From Octopus sinensis (taxonomy: Eukaryota), in contig NW_021832540.1 in the NCBI RefSeq assembly GCF_006345805.1, positions 1 through 52,510 of the forward strand: a DNA stretch of 52,510 nt, read 5' to 3'. Made by a program: the position numbers and the translations under genes. Position 1 is the first letter of the stretch. Each line of letters opens with the position of its first letter. This document shows positions 1-12,137 of the stretch, piece by piece. A model generated the notes under the pieces. The model was not told the DNA's origin, searched no databases, and was given only the letters and a program-made list of their open reading frames with translations.

Positions 1-1137
1 CTTTACATGAACACCACCCTGTACTTAACTCCATGTCCCCCTACATGGCCTTGCTATTTGCTTTTGAGCCAAATTAACTAACTAACTAACTAACTAACAT
101 ATTGGCAGGAAGAGGATTTACCTATGGGTTCGCCATTATCACCGATAAAAGTCAATATATACATAGAATACTTTGAGAATTTGGCTTTAGGATCAACACT
201 ACTAAAACCAACCCTGTGGCTGCAATATGTTGATGACATCTTTATACTCTGGCCCCACCAGAGAGATGTCCAGGTACTGTTAGATCATGCGAACTCAATA
301 AAGCCATCCATACAGTTTACAATGGAAAAGGAAAAAGACAATCAGCTAGCATTCTTGGACGTATTAATAACACGCACCAAGTATGGATCCGGTACATCCG
401 TATACCGCAAGCCGACCTTCACTGGACGATACCTCAACTTCAATTCCCACCATCCATACTGTGTAAATACGTCTTAAACATCAAGCAATGAATATAAGTA
501 GCAATGTGGATACGCACCACGAAAAACCGATCAAGCTAAGTAACAATCTATTAAGCAACAACTACCCCAAAAACATACTATCCACTCCAATTATGAAGTG
601 AAGAGAGGTTGAAACCTATAAACTGACTGAAATCTGTCTACTCTATGTGAAAGGCCTCTCCAAAAAGATACAAAAGATATACAGCCCATATGACATCAGG
701 ACAATATTCAAGAGTAATACAACACTTCGCAAATGTCTCCAAATAAAACCACTAATAGAAGAAAATATGAACAAAGACTGCGTGTACTCCATCCCATGCA
801 GCTGTGGTAGGTTATAAAAAGGCAAAACATGCCCGCTTCCTCAAAATAAGGGTAGACAAACATCGCAAAGCTGTGACACGAGCAGATATTGATAAATCAG
901 GTATAGCTGATCATGTATAGGAAAATGGAGACCACCTCCCCCTGTGGGATGAAGTTAAAATAACAGAGAACACCACTGGAAAATAAGAAAACTAAAAGAA
1001 GCAGCAGATATGCTAGGACACAACAACCTCCTAAGCAGACTGAGTGCAGATATGAGTAGCATATGGGAACCAGTATTAAGGAAGGATAGGAAAATATTAG
1101 ATTTATAAGCCCTAAAATTCACTCCATAATTGCCCAC

Positions 1138-1210
1138 GGGCATATGACGTAGTGGTTAAGAGTGCAGGCTACTAACCCCAAGATTCTGAGTTCGATTCCA
1201 GGCAGTAACC
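1138..1210 (+). promoter_or_regulatory. tRNA-derived Pol III internal promoter (A box/B box) at the PLE 3' end
   Basis: A box TGACGTAGTGG at 1145-1155, B box GTTCGATTCC at 1190-1199, anticodon-arm-like GGCTACTAACC. Not a complete cloverleaf. Confidence 0.7.
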
Positions 1211-1278
1211 TGAATAATAATAATAATAACATCGGAAAAATACCTTAGGAATGAGAACCCAGGTTCGAAATTTCCCCA

Positions 1279-1325
1279 GGACACCTGATGAAGGCTGGAG
1301 GGTATATCAGCCTAAACGTATTAGC
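1279..1325 (+). ncRNA. Degenerate type I hammerhead ribozyme (probably inactive)
   Basis: CTGATGA (1285-1291), extra A, stem II GGCTG/CAGCC, then TAAAC instead of GAAAC, then GTA. G12 is substituted and stem I pairs poorly. Confidence 0.65.
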
Positions 1326-2023
1326 TACAAACAAGATGAGGACAATTATCCGTCAAATGTAAATAATGTATATAATTCCTCATCTTTCAAATTTAGAACT
1401 TTTTTAAACATAGTTCGTAAGGATGTGAAGTGTACTATTTAGTTGTCTTTGAAGATTGTTGGAATTAATTAAGAGATTAGGGGTCCAGACAGGACTGGTG
1501 TGATGCATGATGGATCTTTGTGCTGGTCAAATATGGGGCTAAACAGTGTGTATAGTTTGTTTCAGCTAAGCTCTAGTGAAGGTATTGTTGATAATATTTA
1601 GTAGGAAGAACAAGTTATTAAAGACAGAAGGTACTACAGTTTTCTAATTACCTCATGACTTTCAACAAGTTGGAACCACAGTGTCTATGAGACCATTTTC
1701 CATAAGTTGATAATATCAAGAAAATAAATTACTCTACTTGTTTCAATTTAGAGACATACCTTTTAAAGAACATTTGTTATAAAATACTCAGAATTAAATA
1801 CATTTATCCAATGAAAATAATTATAAGATTTAACCAGTTAACCAGAAAACCAACAACCAGGTAAATCATTAAATAAAATATTGATATAAAATTCTGCACC
1901 AACGAAATACTCATATAGCCCTTCCTTTTAGGTTTCCTAACTACAGACTTCATCAGATATGCAATCATTATAGACTGAATAAACATTTAATAATCTTATT
2001 TACAGAATAGTCTGTTTACTAAC

Positions 2024-2133
2024 CTTTACTATTACAACTGGGATGTTGCGTGATATTGAGTCAGAGACTGACTTCAGAGTTTCCAGTTCACCTCCAACCA
2101 ATACTACAACAGCTGGAACCTTGAATCGAGTCT
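2024..2133 (-). CDS. TRPM: TRPM channel exon E (110 nt): (E)TRFKVPAVVVLVGGELETLKSVSDSISRNIPVVIVK
   Basis: Acceptor tcttgtaattttag| and donor AAG|gttagt. Matches TRPM IPVV.VV.GG...TL..I...I...IP.VVV. Phase-1 start is consistent with exon D. The next exon (expected to begin GSG) was not found in the window. Confidence 0.92.
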
Positions 2134-2440
2134 CTAAAATTACAAGAGAAAATATAACATATATAAGATACAAAATATATTTGATTAGTCCATAAACTAT
2201 ATCTGATTAAGGTACAAAAAACAACTGGTTAAGTTGAAAGAAGTTATAACTGATTAAGGCAAATGATTACATTCTAAAATATACCTAATTCACATATACA
2301 ATATAACCCAATTTAGGTCTAAAACAGGGTATGGAATACATTTGAGTAATGTATAAAATATGACTTGACTAAACAATAAAATTTGGTATCAGTTCAGCAT
2401 TCTGAATTTAAAAAAAAACAAATCTATATCCTCTTTACCA

Positions 2441-2700
2441 TCATCATTTAATGTCCTCTAGCCACTTGGCATGGATTGGATAGTTTGACAGTAACTGGTA
2501 AGGCAGAAGATCATGTCAAGCCCAACTATTTCTTTTGGCATGGTTTCTACAGCTGGATGCTCTTCTTAATACCAACTACTTTACAGAGTTCAGTGTGATT
2601 TTTATGTGGCACCAACACTAGTGAGGTGACCAAGTAACTTGCAGGACAAGACCACTCAACTGAGGAAGAGATCAGTGTTAAGTGAGGTGGCTTTGTGCCA
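2441..2700 (-). mobile_element. Old 5'-truncated copy of the RTE 3'-UTR-derived repeat with (GAT)n tail
   Basis: catcatttaatgtc...tttctacagctggatgc...tttttatgtggcacc is shared with copies at about 15750, 28165, 38810, 39575, 41840 and the LINE end at 44450-44665. Confidence 0.7.
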
Positions 2701-3265
2701 GGTGATGATGAATGATGGGATAGAAACAGGTATGTTGCAGTAGAGGAGATACAATGCTATTCCAGGTGGAAGCAGAGGGAGAGAGAAGAGGGTGAAGAAG
2801 ATGTGTTGGGGCATTCCATCAAATTACAGGGAGGTGTATATATAGGAACTGGTACAGAGATTGAATAGGGTGAGTGGGTAGGTAAGTGTGTGAGTGTGAA
2901 AGGAGAGTAGAAGATAGAGGGGAGAGGAATGCAGTGAGAGGTGAACCTGGGCGGAGAGAGGAGTATAGGAAGATACGGTGTAGGTGAGAGCTTCATCAGG
3001 GACACAGACTGTGTGCAGGGATATAGACATAAATAATTATGCCTTTAGGGCCTCAAACTTTTACTTAGTTGAACAGGTCCTCTGAAGCCCAAAGTACCAA
3101 ACATTAAAGTCCTTTGTCATCTCTCCTGTGAATCTCAAAATCTGGAGGTCATATTTTCCCCACTTTGTCGTACAATTTACTAGGACTTTCTCTTTTTCTT
3201 AGGTTCCATTAACACGAACACACAAACGCGCGCGCTCACACACACACACACATATATACATATAT

Positions 3266-3649
3266 TCTTTTACTCATTTACTTGCTTCAATCATTTGACT
3301 GTGGCTATGCTGGAGCATCGCCTTTGGTCGAGCAAATTGACCCTGGAACTTATTTTTTGTAAGTATAGTACTTATTCTATCGGTGTCTTTTGCTGAACTG
3401 CTAAGTTATACGGACATAAACAGAATCAGTTGTCAAGCGAAGTTTGGGGGACAAACACAGACACACTTACATATATACATATATATGACGAGCTTCTTTC
3501 AGTTTCCGTCTACCAAATCCACTCACAAGGCTTTGGTTGGCCCAAGGCTATAGTAGAAGACACTTGGCCAAGGTGCCAAGCAGTGGGACTGAACCCGGAA
3601 CCATGTGATTCATAAGCAAGCTACTTACCACACAGCCACTCCTACGCCT
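3266..3649 (-). mobile_element. tRNA-derived SINE, full length (family 1)
   Basis: Reverse complement of the copy at 45334-45738: head AGGCGTAGGAGTGGCTGTGTGGTAAG...GGTTCAGTCCC, CORE-like CCTTGGCCAAGTGTCTTC, tail ATGACTGAAGCAAGTAAA. Confidence 0.9.
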
Positions 3650-4189
3650 AAGGACCAAAACCCTTCAAAGGGATGTTAAACATCCGAGTCCACCAGTACA
3701 ATCCAAGGAAAGAATATATAAAAACAATATATTCAGTATTGGTATAATCAATAAATAAAGTATAAGGAAAGGAAAAAAATATAGGCGTAGACAATCTTTT
3801 AATCTTTAATCTAAAATTGGTACAAATCCAATAAAAATTCTACAAATTGTCTCCAGTCCTAATTAATTCCAAAAACAAAAATGAAAAAGTCCTTTTTGAA
3901 ATCAGAATTAGGCTTTTCTTCAGGAATTATTTATTGGAATGAATATGTACCAGCAACAAAAAATATTTATAAACACCTTTAATAGCCCAGACAGGAACAA
4001 ATAATTAAATAATGCTAGGAGGAAATTACTTGAACGCCAAGCCGTTCAAAATAAGAAAAATATATATAAAAAAACCCAACTCCAGCGTTTGATTTATATA
4101 ACAATTATGGATATATAAATATTTGATAACGACAATTATCATTACCGTCTAAACAATATATAAAGTTAATGAAACAAAACTTTGAAGGT

Positions 4190-4260
4190 GTGCCAGGTAC
4201 TGAAATTCATAGGAGGCTTTTAGCATGATACAAGGACAATGTTGCAGCTGTCTTGCTTCT
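4190..4260 (+). mobile_element. Possible mariner transposase N-terminal relic
   Basis: Translates to GTEIHRRLLA*YKDNV, similar to the mariner AEIHRRL..VYGD HTH region. Short and weak. Confidence 0.3.
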
Positions 4261-5599
4261 GACTAGTGTTTGAAGTTTGCCCCGTTTTTATTGGGAGTTC
4301 ATGGTTCAAATTAGCATATGTTTTGAATAGGAATTGTTTGGTAGAGGATAGTCACATGACTAATCTTAGAAACTTTTGTGACTTCTCCGCTATGCTCGTC
4401 CGTGTGTTAGTATTAAGTGACGATGTTTGGCGTTGTAAGTTAAGGCTGATACGGTTGACTGAACGAATGCAAACAATCAATGCTCTAAATTTTTTCTGTT
4501 AAATGTTTGTAGGGAATGAACACATGATTAAGTTTATAACCTTTTGTATGTTTCCCATTACGTCCGTGCTTTAATGTCAGGTGACAGTATATTTTGCACC
4601 TAAAAAGAGGGCCGGCGTGGTTTAGGGAACATGTTTATCTATTATCAAGACGCACACATTTGAACAACTTACATATTTCAAAAATCTACTCAACAGCATA
4701 AACAATAATATTAACTTTACCATGGAATACAGTAAAACTCCACTACCAAGGGCAATATCAGTTTCCCAATAACTCAGTTCTAGTTCTGAGTAGTACAAGC
4801 TTAGCCAGTTCCTCTGCCATTGTCCACCTTCTCCAGTTCAAATACTATTGTAATTAACTATTGTTGTTGTCTATATCTGCTTACTCTGTGACAGGGATCT
4901 TGAAAAGTTTGGTTGTATTCTATCTGGGTTCAATTTTAAAATTTATTACCATGGGCGGTCTGACAAGAGTGCTAGATACCGTCTACATTGGCCTCAGAGT
5001 TAATGAGCCATGCAAACCCCTACTACAATAAAGAGTGTCTATCAATATAATGCTACAGCCATTTCTGGTGTATTTTAGCGAATTCTGTTTTCAAACTCTT
5101 CTTGGTCTTGATGTACCCCTGTATCATATTGTCATGAGTTTGAGAATCAGACAAGTTCTTAAGAGAGATCAAATGGTAGTCTTGGATTATTTGGAAGCTC
5201 TAGGCAAATCAATGAAGGATAGTATGACGATAGATTTCCAAAAGGCAGAGGAGCTGAGTTGTTGTCAAGTGACTTCCATCAGACCCAACCAGCGATCCCA
5301 AAATAAAAAAGTAACAATGAAATTCATGCCTTAATTCAGCATCACTTTAAACCAGAGATGTAATTGTATAGCAAGGGACTTGATCTGAGATCGTGTGCTG
5401 AAACAAAATCAATTTCAGCATGCAAGATGTTTCTAAGCCATTCAAGAACATACAAAAACCGTTAGTTTCACTTCAACAATTAAATTTAACTTGTGTCCAA
5501 ATATTTTCATTGCTTTGAACCCGCGACCTGTTCACTGACAAAACTTTGTGCTGCATCGGAGAAAGTAGCAGTTTATGATATATATGTGTGTATATGTAT

Positions 5600-7560
5600 G
5601 TATATATGTCAGATCACACTTGAGTGCTACTGGTAACATGTAACCCATTAAAATCTGTTGCATGGTTGGGTCGTCGGTGACTAAACTGGCAACCCCACCA
5701 AGCTTGCATGGTGAGTAAGATGATTGTTGGACAACCTGCGGGATGAAAAATAAGACCTGTTAGAAGGCGGAGGAACTCATAAGCTGTAAATGGCCATCCA
5801 ACAAATATGTGTAAATATGTTTATATCAATGCAAGAGTTAGAAATGACTACGTTTCATGGCTTGTTTTAGGTGAACATGGGATTGAAAAATATAATAAAA
5901 ATTGAGTAGCTCTTTTGACGTTTTGAACTGAGAATAATCTGGTTGTTACCAACAATCTGTTTAAGCAGAAAAATAAATATAAAACCACCTGGATGCACCC
6001 AGGATCTAAGCACTGGCATCTCATAGATTATATTTTGATCAGAAAATGTGATATGAAAGATGTTTCTAGTGTTTGGGTCATGAGAGGAGCAGAGGGCTGG
6101 ACTAACCATTATCTAGTGTGTGGAAAAATAATTTTTTTGATAATGCCTAAATGTTGACTGCTTGGTCCTATGGTATGCAAAAAGTTAAATGTTGCAAACT
6201 TCAAAACAATCTATGGGAAGATTTAGAAACAAAAGTATTTCAGGCTGCAAGTTCGTTCAGTGACTAGTTCTCAGATAAAATCAACAGAAATTCATGACCT
6301 ACTTTTCGAAAAACAATACTTAGGCAATACACTTCTTTCTCAGTCCTTGAACCCCAACTCAAACAAAGCTTACCAAAAGCTGAAAGGCAAAGTGCTGACT
6401 CCTCCAAGGAAAATTAAATAGGAATGGTGGAATGATAGAGTAAAAGAAGCAGCTTATAGAAATGATGCCATGGGTTTGAACTCTTATGTCAAGGAACTAT
6501 ACAGCCCCAAGTCCTCTTCAATAGCTCCAGTGAGAACAGCAAATGGACGTTTGTTTCTGACTGACACAGCTTCTATTCATAAGTGCTGGGTGGAACATTT
6601 TTCTGCACTTTTGAATAGACCGTCATCTGATGACATGAAGATGATATAAAAATTTGAACACCTAGCTATAGAAGAGATGGCGTTTGAACCAACTCTAAAT
6701 GACATTTATTTAGCTGTGAATAAGCTTAATAGCAATAAGACTCTAGGGTCTGATGTAATCTGTGCAGAGGTCTTGAAATATGGGAGTGACAAAATGTTTG
6801 TACCCTTAATTAGTCAATGTTGGAGAACAAAGAAAATGCCTCAAGACTGGATTGATGAAATTTTAGTTTCCTTGTATAAATCGGGGCCAAAGGATCTGTG
6901 TGGTAATTTTGGTGGGATTTAGCTTTTGTTTGTGGTTGGAAAGGTACTCGCCCGCGTTCTGTTAGAACGTTTAAATACCTTCATAGTTCAAAATAAGGTG
7001 TCTGATTCTTAATGTGATTTTTCACTCCTCCAGGAGAACAGTTGATTGTATCTTTACTATCAGACAATTTTAGGAAAAGTGCAATGAACAGAATCTTGCC
7101 CTACACCATTGCTTTGTTGATTGAAGCAAAGCATTCGATATTGTTAATCGAAATACTCTGTGACTAATTCTAAGGAAAATAGGTTGCCCAGAAAAATTTG
7201 TTAACATGGTCAGGGCTTTGCATCAAGATATGACAGCTAGAGTGATATTTTGTGTGTACAGTATGTGACAGATAATGCCTTTCTTTCGTTGGGCTCAAAT
7301 ATCATTTGTGAATCCATGGAAAGCAAATCTCCACCAGCTATTTTGCCTGTATGTCTGTGCACACCTTCCAATGCAATGTATGCCAGGAGGTTTGCAAATC
7401 TAACGGAGGCCTCAAAAGACATTTTAAGATCCACAAAGATCAGAACTTAACTGCAGCTCTTGGTGGTCTAAATCAGATATGCAATCTATGTGAATGGCTT
7501 TTAAAAATTTTGTCTGGTTTAAAAAGCCACATCAGATGCCATGATGGTTCTAAAGCGTAG
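5600..7560 (+). mobile_element. Decayed RTE-clade LINE (APE, RT, C-terminal C2H2-like fingers)
   Basis: APE motifs TNNLFKQKNKYKTTWMHPGSKHWHLIDYIL (about 5945-6040); RT start PQDWIDEILVSLYK...GNFGGI (ORF 6677-6922); CNVCQEVCKSNGGLKRHFKIH and CNLCEWLLKILSGLKSHIRCH (ORF 7351-7560). Many stops, frameshifts and an internal deletion. Confidence 0.85.
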
Positions 7561-7604
7561 GTACATGAGGTGGTCAAACTCTGCATGAAAAGTAGACATC
7601 TGCT

Positions 7605-8230
7605 ATGTATGTATGTATGTATGTATGTATGCATACATGTATGTAAGTATGCATGTGTACATGCGTATGCATGCATATACGCATATATGTATGCATGCAT
7701 GTATGTATGTATGTATGTATGTATGTACGTATGTACATATGTATTTGAGTATTTACATGTGTAGACGTGTCTGCATGTGTGTATATGTGTATGTACATGT
7801 AAACTTTTCTTTTTCCTTTTATTTTCATATAGTACATAGACATACACACACACACATATATATAATATACATATATATATACACAATACCCAAATTACAT
7901 GCATATAAACATTCATACACGCATACATACTCATGTATGTATGTGTATGACTGTGTATATGCATGTGCATATGGGTATGTATGTTTGTATACACATATAG
8001 ATCTATATGTCTATGTAAAACACAAAAGAAATGAGAAAAAAAAGGTTTTGAGTTTAACCGTTGTCTGTGAAAATAGAGACATATATATATGTGTAGATGG
8101 ATAAACATCTACACATATATATTTATATGAAGCTTATACATATAAATGTGTGTGTATATGTGTTTATATGATTGGTTGTGCCTGTACATATGTATAGGCA
8201 TGTTTATATTTGCTTGTATGTATCTATTCG
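7605..8230. repeat. Compound (TATG)n/(CA)n/(TA)n microsatellite block
   Basis: Directly visible. It explains the MYVC/HTYI pseudo-ORFs. Confidence 0.95.
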
Positions 8231-8704
8231 ACAGAGTAATAGTTCTATATACAACTTGAACAGAGAGGAAGGATAGCAACCAGGACACCAGCCCAAATGT
8301 AAAAACAGTATTCCATAAAAGATTATATAAAATATTTATAAAAATGAAGAATACATTTGGAGAAAACATAATGATGAGAACAATGTAGAGAATAAAACTT
8401 CAAATAGAAAATCCAGTCATGTTTCAAACTTATTGTGACCTCATTAGCCAAGCAACGACATCACTGTACTTGTCAAAATCGTGATAGGAGTATCGTTGAG
8501 TAAAGGTGGATTTGATGGCATAGACAAATAGAATTGTCTCGATAGAAATATATTACCATTAACTTAACTATGACTTATAAAAGACTTGTTCCCTATTAAA
8601 AAGAGTAATTTCGTAAGACGCATGTGTAAATTTAACAAGTTATTTTTAACATTTCATCTCAGCTCTATAGATTATGTTTAGATTTCTTTGCAATAACAAC
8701 TTAC

Positions 8705-8879
8705 CTGGGATTCTATTTTGTGAAATTTTATGTTCTAACTTTTTTCTGAACTTAGCTTCTACTCCAAGAGTTTCTTCAGTGCCATCATCAACAAGGATAA
8801 AATGTGAATGATTAGGATCCAAAGCAGATGTTGTTGAGTAAATATCATCTTTTATCTCATAATTTGCAGGCCATGATCC
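8705..8879 (-). CDS. TRPM: TRPM channel exon D (175 nt): GSWPANYEIKDDIYSTTSALDPNHSHFILVDDGTEETLGVEAKFRKKLEHKISQNRIP(E)
   Basis: Acceptor ttaacttctag| and donor G|gtaagt. Contains the hallmark LD.NHSHFILVDDGT motif. Phase 0 in, phase 1 out. Missed by the ORF track because it is short. Confidence 0.97.
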
Positions 8880-9539
8880 CTAGAAGTTAAATCAATATTT
8901 TATCTGTTATACATAATATCAACATCATTGTAATCTAACAATATAATAATACACGTTTTATTTGTTATGACACACAAAAAAGTACAGCAAAGTGGGACGG
9001 GAGGGGGAGCAAAGAGAGACAAAGAGAGAAGGGGAAGAGAGTGGGAGAGAAAGAGGGAGAGGTGGAAAGAGGGAGGGAGAGGAAGAAAGAATATAAGAAT
9101 AAGGACTGAGATCTACTGAATGTGTTGGTGGGGGAGGTTTTAATGTTCACAGGCATTAGAAAAAGGAACACCAATGAATTGCTATACAGACACATAATCA
9201 TACCATCATGCAGAGACACACACAAATGGTACCTTGGGCAAGTGACAACTACTAAAGCCCAGGTGGCAACCAACGCCTTGTTAATGGATTTGGTAGACAG
9301 AAACTGTTCTGAAGCCTGTGGTGTATACATTTATTCGTTTGGCTCAGACAGGAAAAAGTATGTTCCATCATAGAAAAGTCAGTTGTTCTGCTGACATGAA
9401 TATCACTCTGAAAACTAAGGAGAAACAAATAATTATGGACAACTGCTTCGAAGCCTCTAGCTTCTATATCCAGATTATAAATTCACATTTATACCAATAA
9501 TAACACTGTATAACATGATTTTTGTCCTCTGATAGCAGA

Positions 9540-11500
9540 TGTTGTTTCCTAATTCCTTGCTCCTAGAAAGTATGAAAAATGGCTAATATTTGCTTCAAAC
9601 TTGCTTCTGTTACATTTATTGAAACCCCAGAGAAGAATTCCCTTGAAGTCAAAAAATGGAAATGATGTTAAAGATCCTCCTGAAATAATGAGTAGATGGA
9701 GAGAATGCTTTGCAGATCTTTTCCACAGTCCTTCTGTGGTAAACATGGATGTCATAAATAACATTCCGCAAAGAGAGCTAGTGTAGCACATGACTAAAAC
9801 ACTTTCAACAGAAGTAAATCTGGCATTGTATAAATTGAAATCAGGTAAAGTTCCTGGATTGGTGGGAATCATATTTCATCAGAAATTCATAGCCTTTTAA
9901 GAATAAGGGCCAAAAATCAGTGTGTAGTAATTCTAAAGGGATAACCACCACTGGAACATACTGGGTAGATACTTCCAAGGATCATGTTAAATCGTCACAT
10001 TGAAAATGTGTGTCACCATGCAATTTCCGAGAAAACAGTGTGGTTTCAGACCTGAGCAAGGAACAACGGAAATGATATTTTCTGTGAGGCAGGTTCAGGA
10101 GAAATGCATAGGGGAACAAATGCCACTATACAAGGTCTTCATAAATTTAACCAAGGCATTTGCCACAATAAACAGAGAGGCTCTGTAGATCGTTTTGTGC
10201 AAACTTGGTTGCCCAACACATTTTGTATGAATCTATAAGGAACTACATAGAAATGTGAAAGGTCAGGTGGTCTTTAATGGGGAGCTATCTTGTGAATTTT
10301 CGGTGAAGAACGGTGTCAAACAGGGAGACATTCCTGTTCCTTGACGCTTCTCTATGTGTGTTGCTACATTGATTTGGTATGCCTTCAACGATTGCAACAG
10401 GGGAATCAGGATCGGATTTCGGATATCTAGTCACATTTATAATTTGACCTGATCTAAATGCAAAGCAAAGACTTCTAAAACGCTTGTTAGAGAATTGTTT
10501 TACGCTGTTGGTGCTGATTTGTTGGGACACTCAGAGGAGGATATTCGACAAATAACAGACAGATCTTTCACTACATATGCACTTTTCGGTTTCACAATTA
10601 GTCTTGGGAAAATCAAAGTAGTGTTTGCTCCCGCTCCAGGGCAAATATATTCTGAATCAAACATTTTTGTGAACGGAACAAGGTTAGAAGTCATTGATTC
10701 TTTTATATATTTTGGAAGCACACTGTCAAGAGATGTTGGTCTTGATGTAGAGATGTACTATCAAATAGGAAAGGCAAATGTTGCATTTGGAGAACTGGAA
10801 AAACGAGTATGATTGGATAGTGGTATTTCCTTGCAAACAAAAACCGATGTCTATAAAACATGTGTATTGACTGCACTTTTTTTTTATTCAAGTGAGATGT
10901 GAACCACCCAGAGGCGTCATATGAAAATACTGGAGCGATTTCACCAAAAGTGAAATGGATGCTCTGGATTGGAACAAGTGGAGAAGTGCTGTTGCAAGAC
11001 TTGGAACAAAAAGATGATTCAGTGCTTTGAGCTTAAAAGGTTCTGTCAGAAAGGAAGAATTGTAACCGAAATCGACAGTGAATATTGGCTATGTATTGTG
11101 TGCAATCGCGTTCTGTTGTCAAAAGCAGAAAATGTAAATAATATGAAGTCACATGAAAGTTGGAATACTCAGGCAGATAATAATCTTGAACCCTGGCCAT
11201 TTTTAACAACGTATAACATGTCACAAAATTTGTAAGATAATATCTAGACTTAATATACGTATGCTGGTTCATAAAAAACATTCCTTCAGAATCAGGTTCC
11301 AGAGGACAAAGGCGTAAAAGAGATTTGATTATCTATCACTTGTGTTTTATATCGTCAGTTAGCAGCTGGCCCCAAAAGGTCATCTGAGGGTTCATCAATT
11401 GAAAGATTTTGCCATGTGATGGGGTACTGTGTGTGCGTTGATGGGATAGCTATCATCTGTCAAGATGAAGTAATCATCATCATCATCATCATCATCATTA
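9540..11500 (+). mobile_element. Decayed RTE-clade LINE, RT region through 3' UTR and (ATC)n tail
   Basis: QCGFRPEQGTTEMIFSVRQVQEKC...FINLTKAF (ORF 10000-10188); GVKQGD; F(Y)AVGADL (decayed FADD); VIDSFIYFGSTLS. Ends in (ATC)n at about 11474-11498. Confidence 0.85.
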
Positions 11501-12137
11501 TCAGAAGAAAAAACAACAATGCACGAGAACGTGGTACATACAAAGTATTATTTAGATGCTCACAGAAGGAAAAAAAGGCTGTCTTATATTTCGAGCAAAG
11601 CTCTTCTTCAGAAACAGGAGACAGAGGAAAGTCCAAGAGAAAAGGAAGATAGAAGAAAAAAATCACCAACAATTCACATGTAGTTACGTTTTGGAATGAC
11701 CAGAAGGAGATAGACAAAGAAAAAGTTCTTTCTAAGACAGGAGAGTGTAAAAGGAGGGATATATGTGTATGTGTAAGTATATGCGTGTGTGTGTGATAGC
11801 ATGTGTGTATATGTGTGTGTAGCAGTAACCGAGTCTGTGAGTGTACGTGGGTGGTGGTAACTGTGTGTGTGTGCATATGTGTTGTAAGTGGTAATAACTG
11901 TTTATATGTATGTGTGAGTGATCTTTGTATCTGTTAATGCTGGAGGAAGAATTCGGCAGCAATGGTACCAGAAGTAGTGGTCTTTGGTGTAGTTGTGTGG
12001 GCGCATATATCATGTATGTATTAATTTCATCCTTGTGTACAAGTCGAAGCGGTGGTTTTGAGTCGTTTTGACTGCCATCTTTCACCTGCTGGTGCTACAA
12101 GTATTACCCTTCATTTTACATATATATATATATATAT

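Larger units (their letters stand above)
1..1395 (+). mobile_element. Penelope-like element, 3' portion: RT C-terminal half plus GIY-YIG relic plus 3' repeat; decayed
   Basis: ORF 124-477 reads MGSPLSP...YVDDIF...IQFTMEKE.DNQLAFLDV...VYRKPT.TGRYLNFNSHHP, typical of PLE RT. About 780-1010 gives a frameshifted CVYSIPCSCGR...KSGIADHV...KIRKLKEA GIY-YIG region. Confidence 0.9.

Noticed and set aside
1138-1210. Calling this a functional tRNA gene
   Set aside because: The acceptor stem and arms do not close into a cloverleaf, so it is treated as a tRNA-derived promoter only.
1920-1965. Minus-strand CTGATGA-AGTCTGTAGTTAG-GAAAC hammerhead-like string
   Set aside because: Stems I, II and III cannot be formed convincingly.
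5600-5800. Possible HDV-like ribozyme in the RTE 5' region
   Set aside because: I could not build the nested double pseudoknot by eye. It needs an RNArobo or Infernal search.
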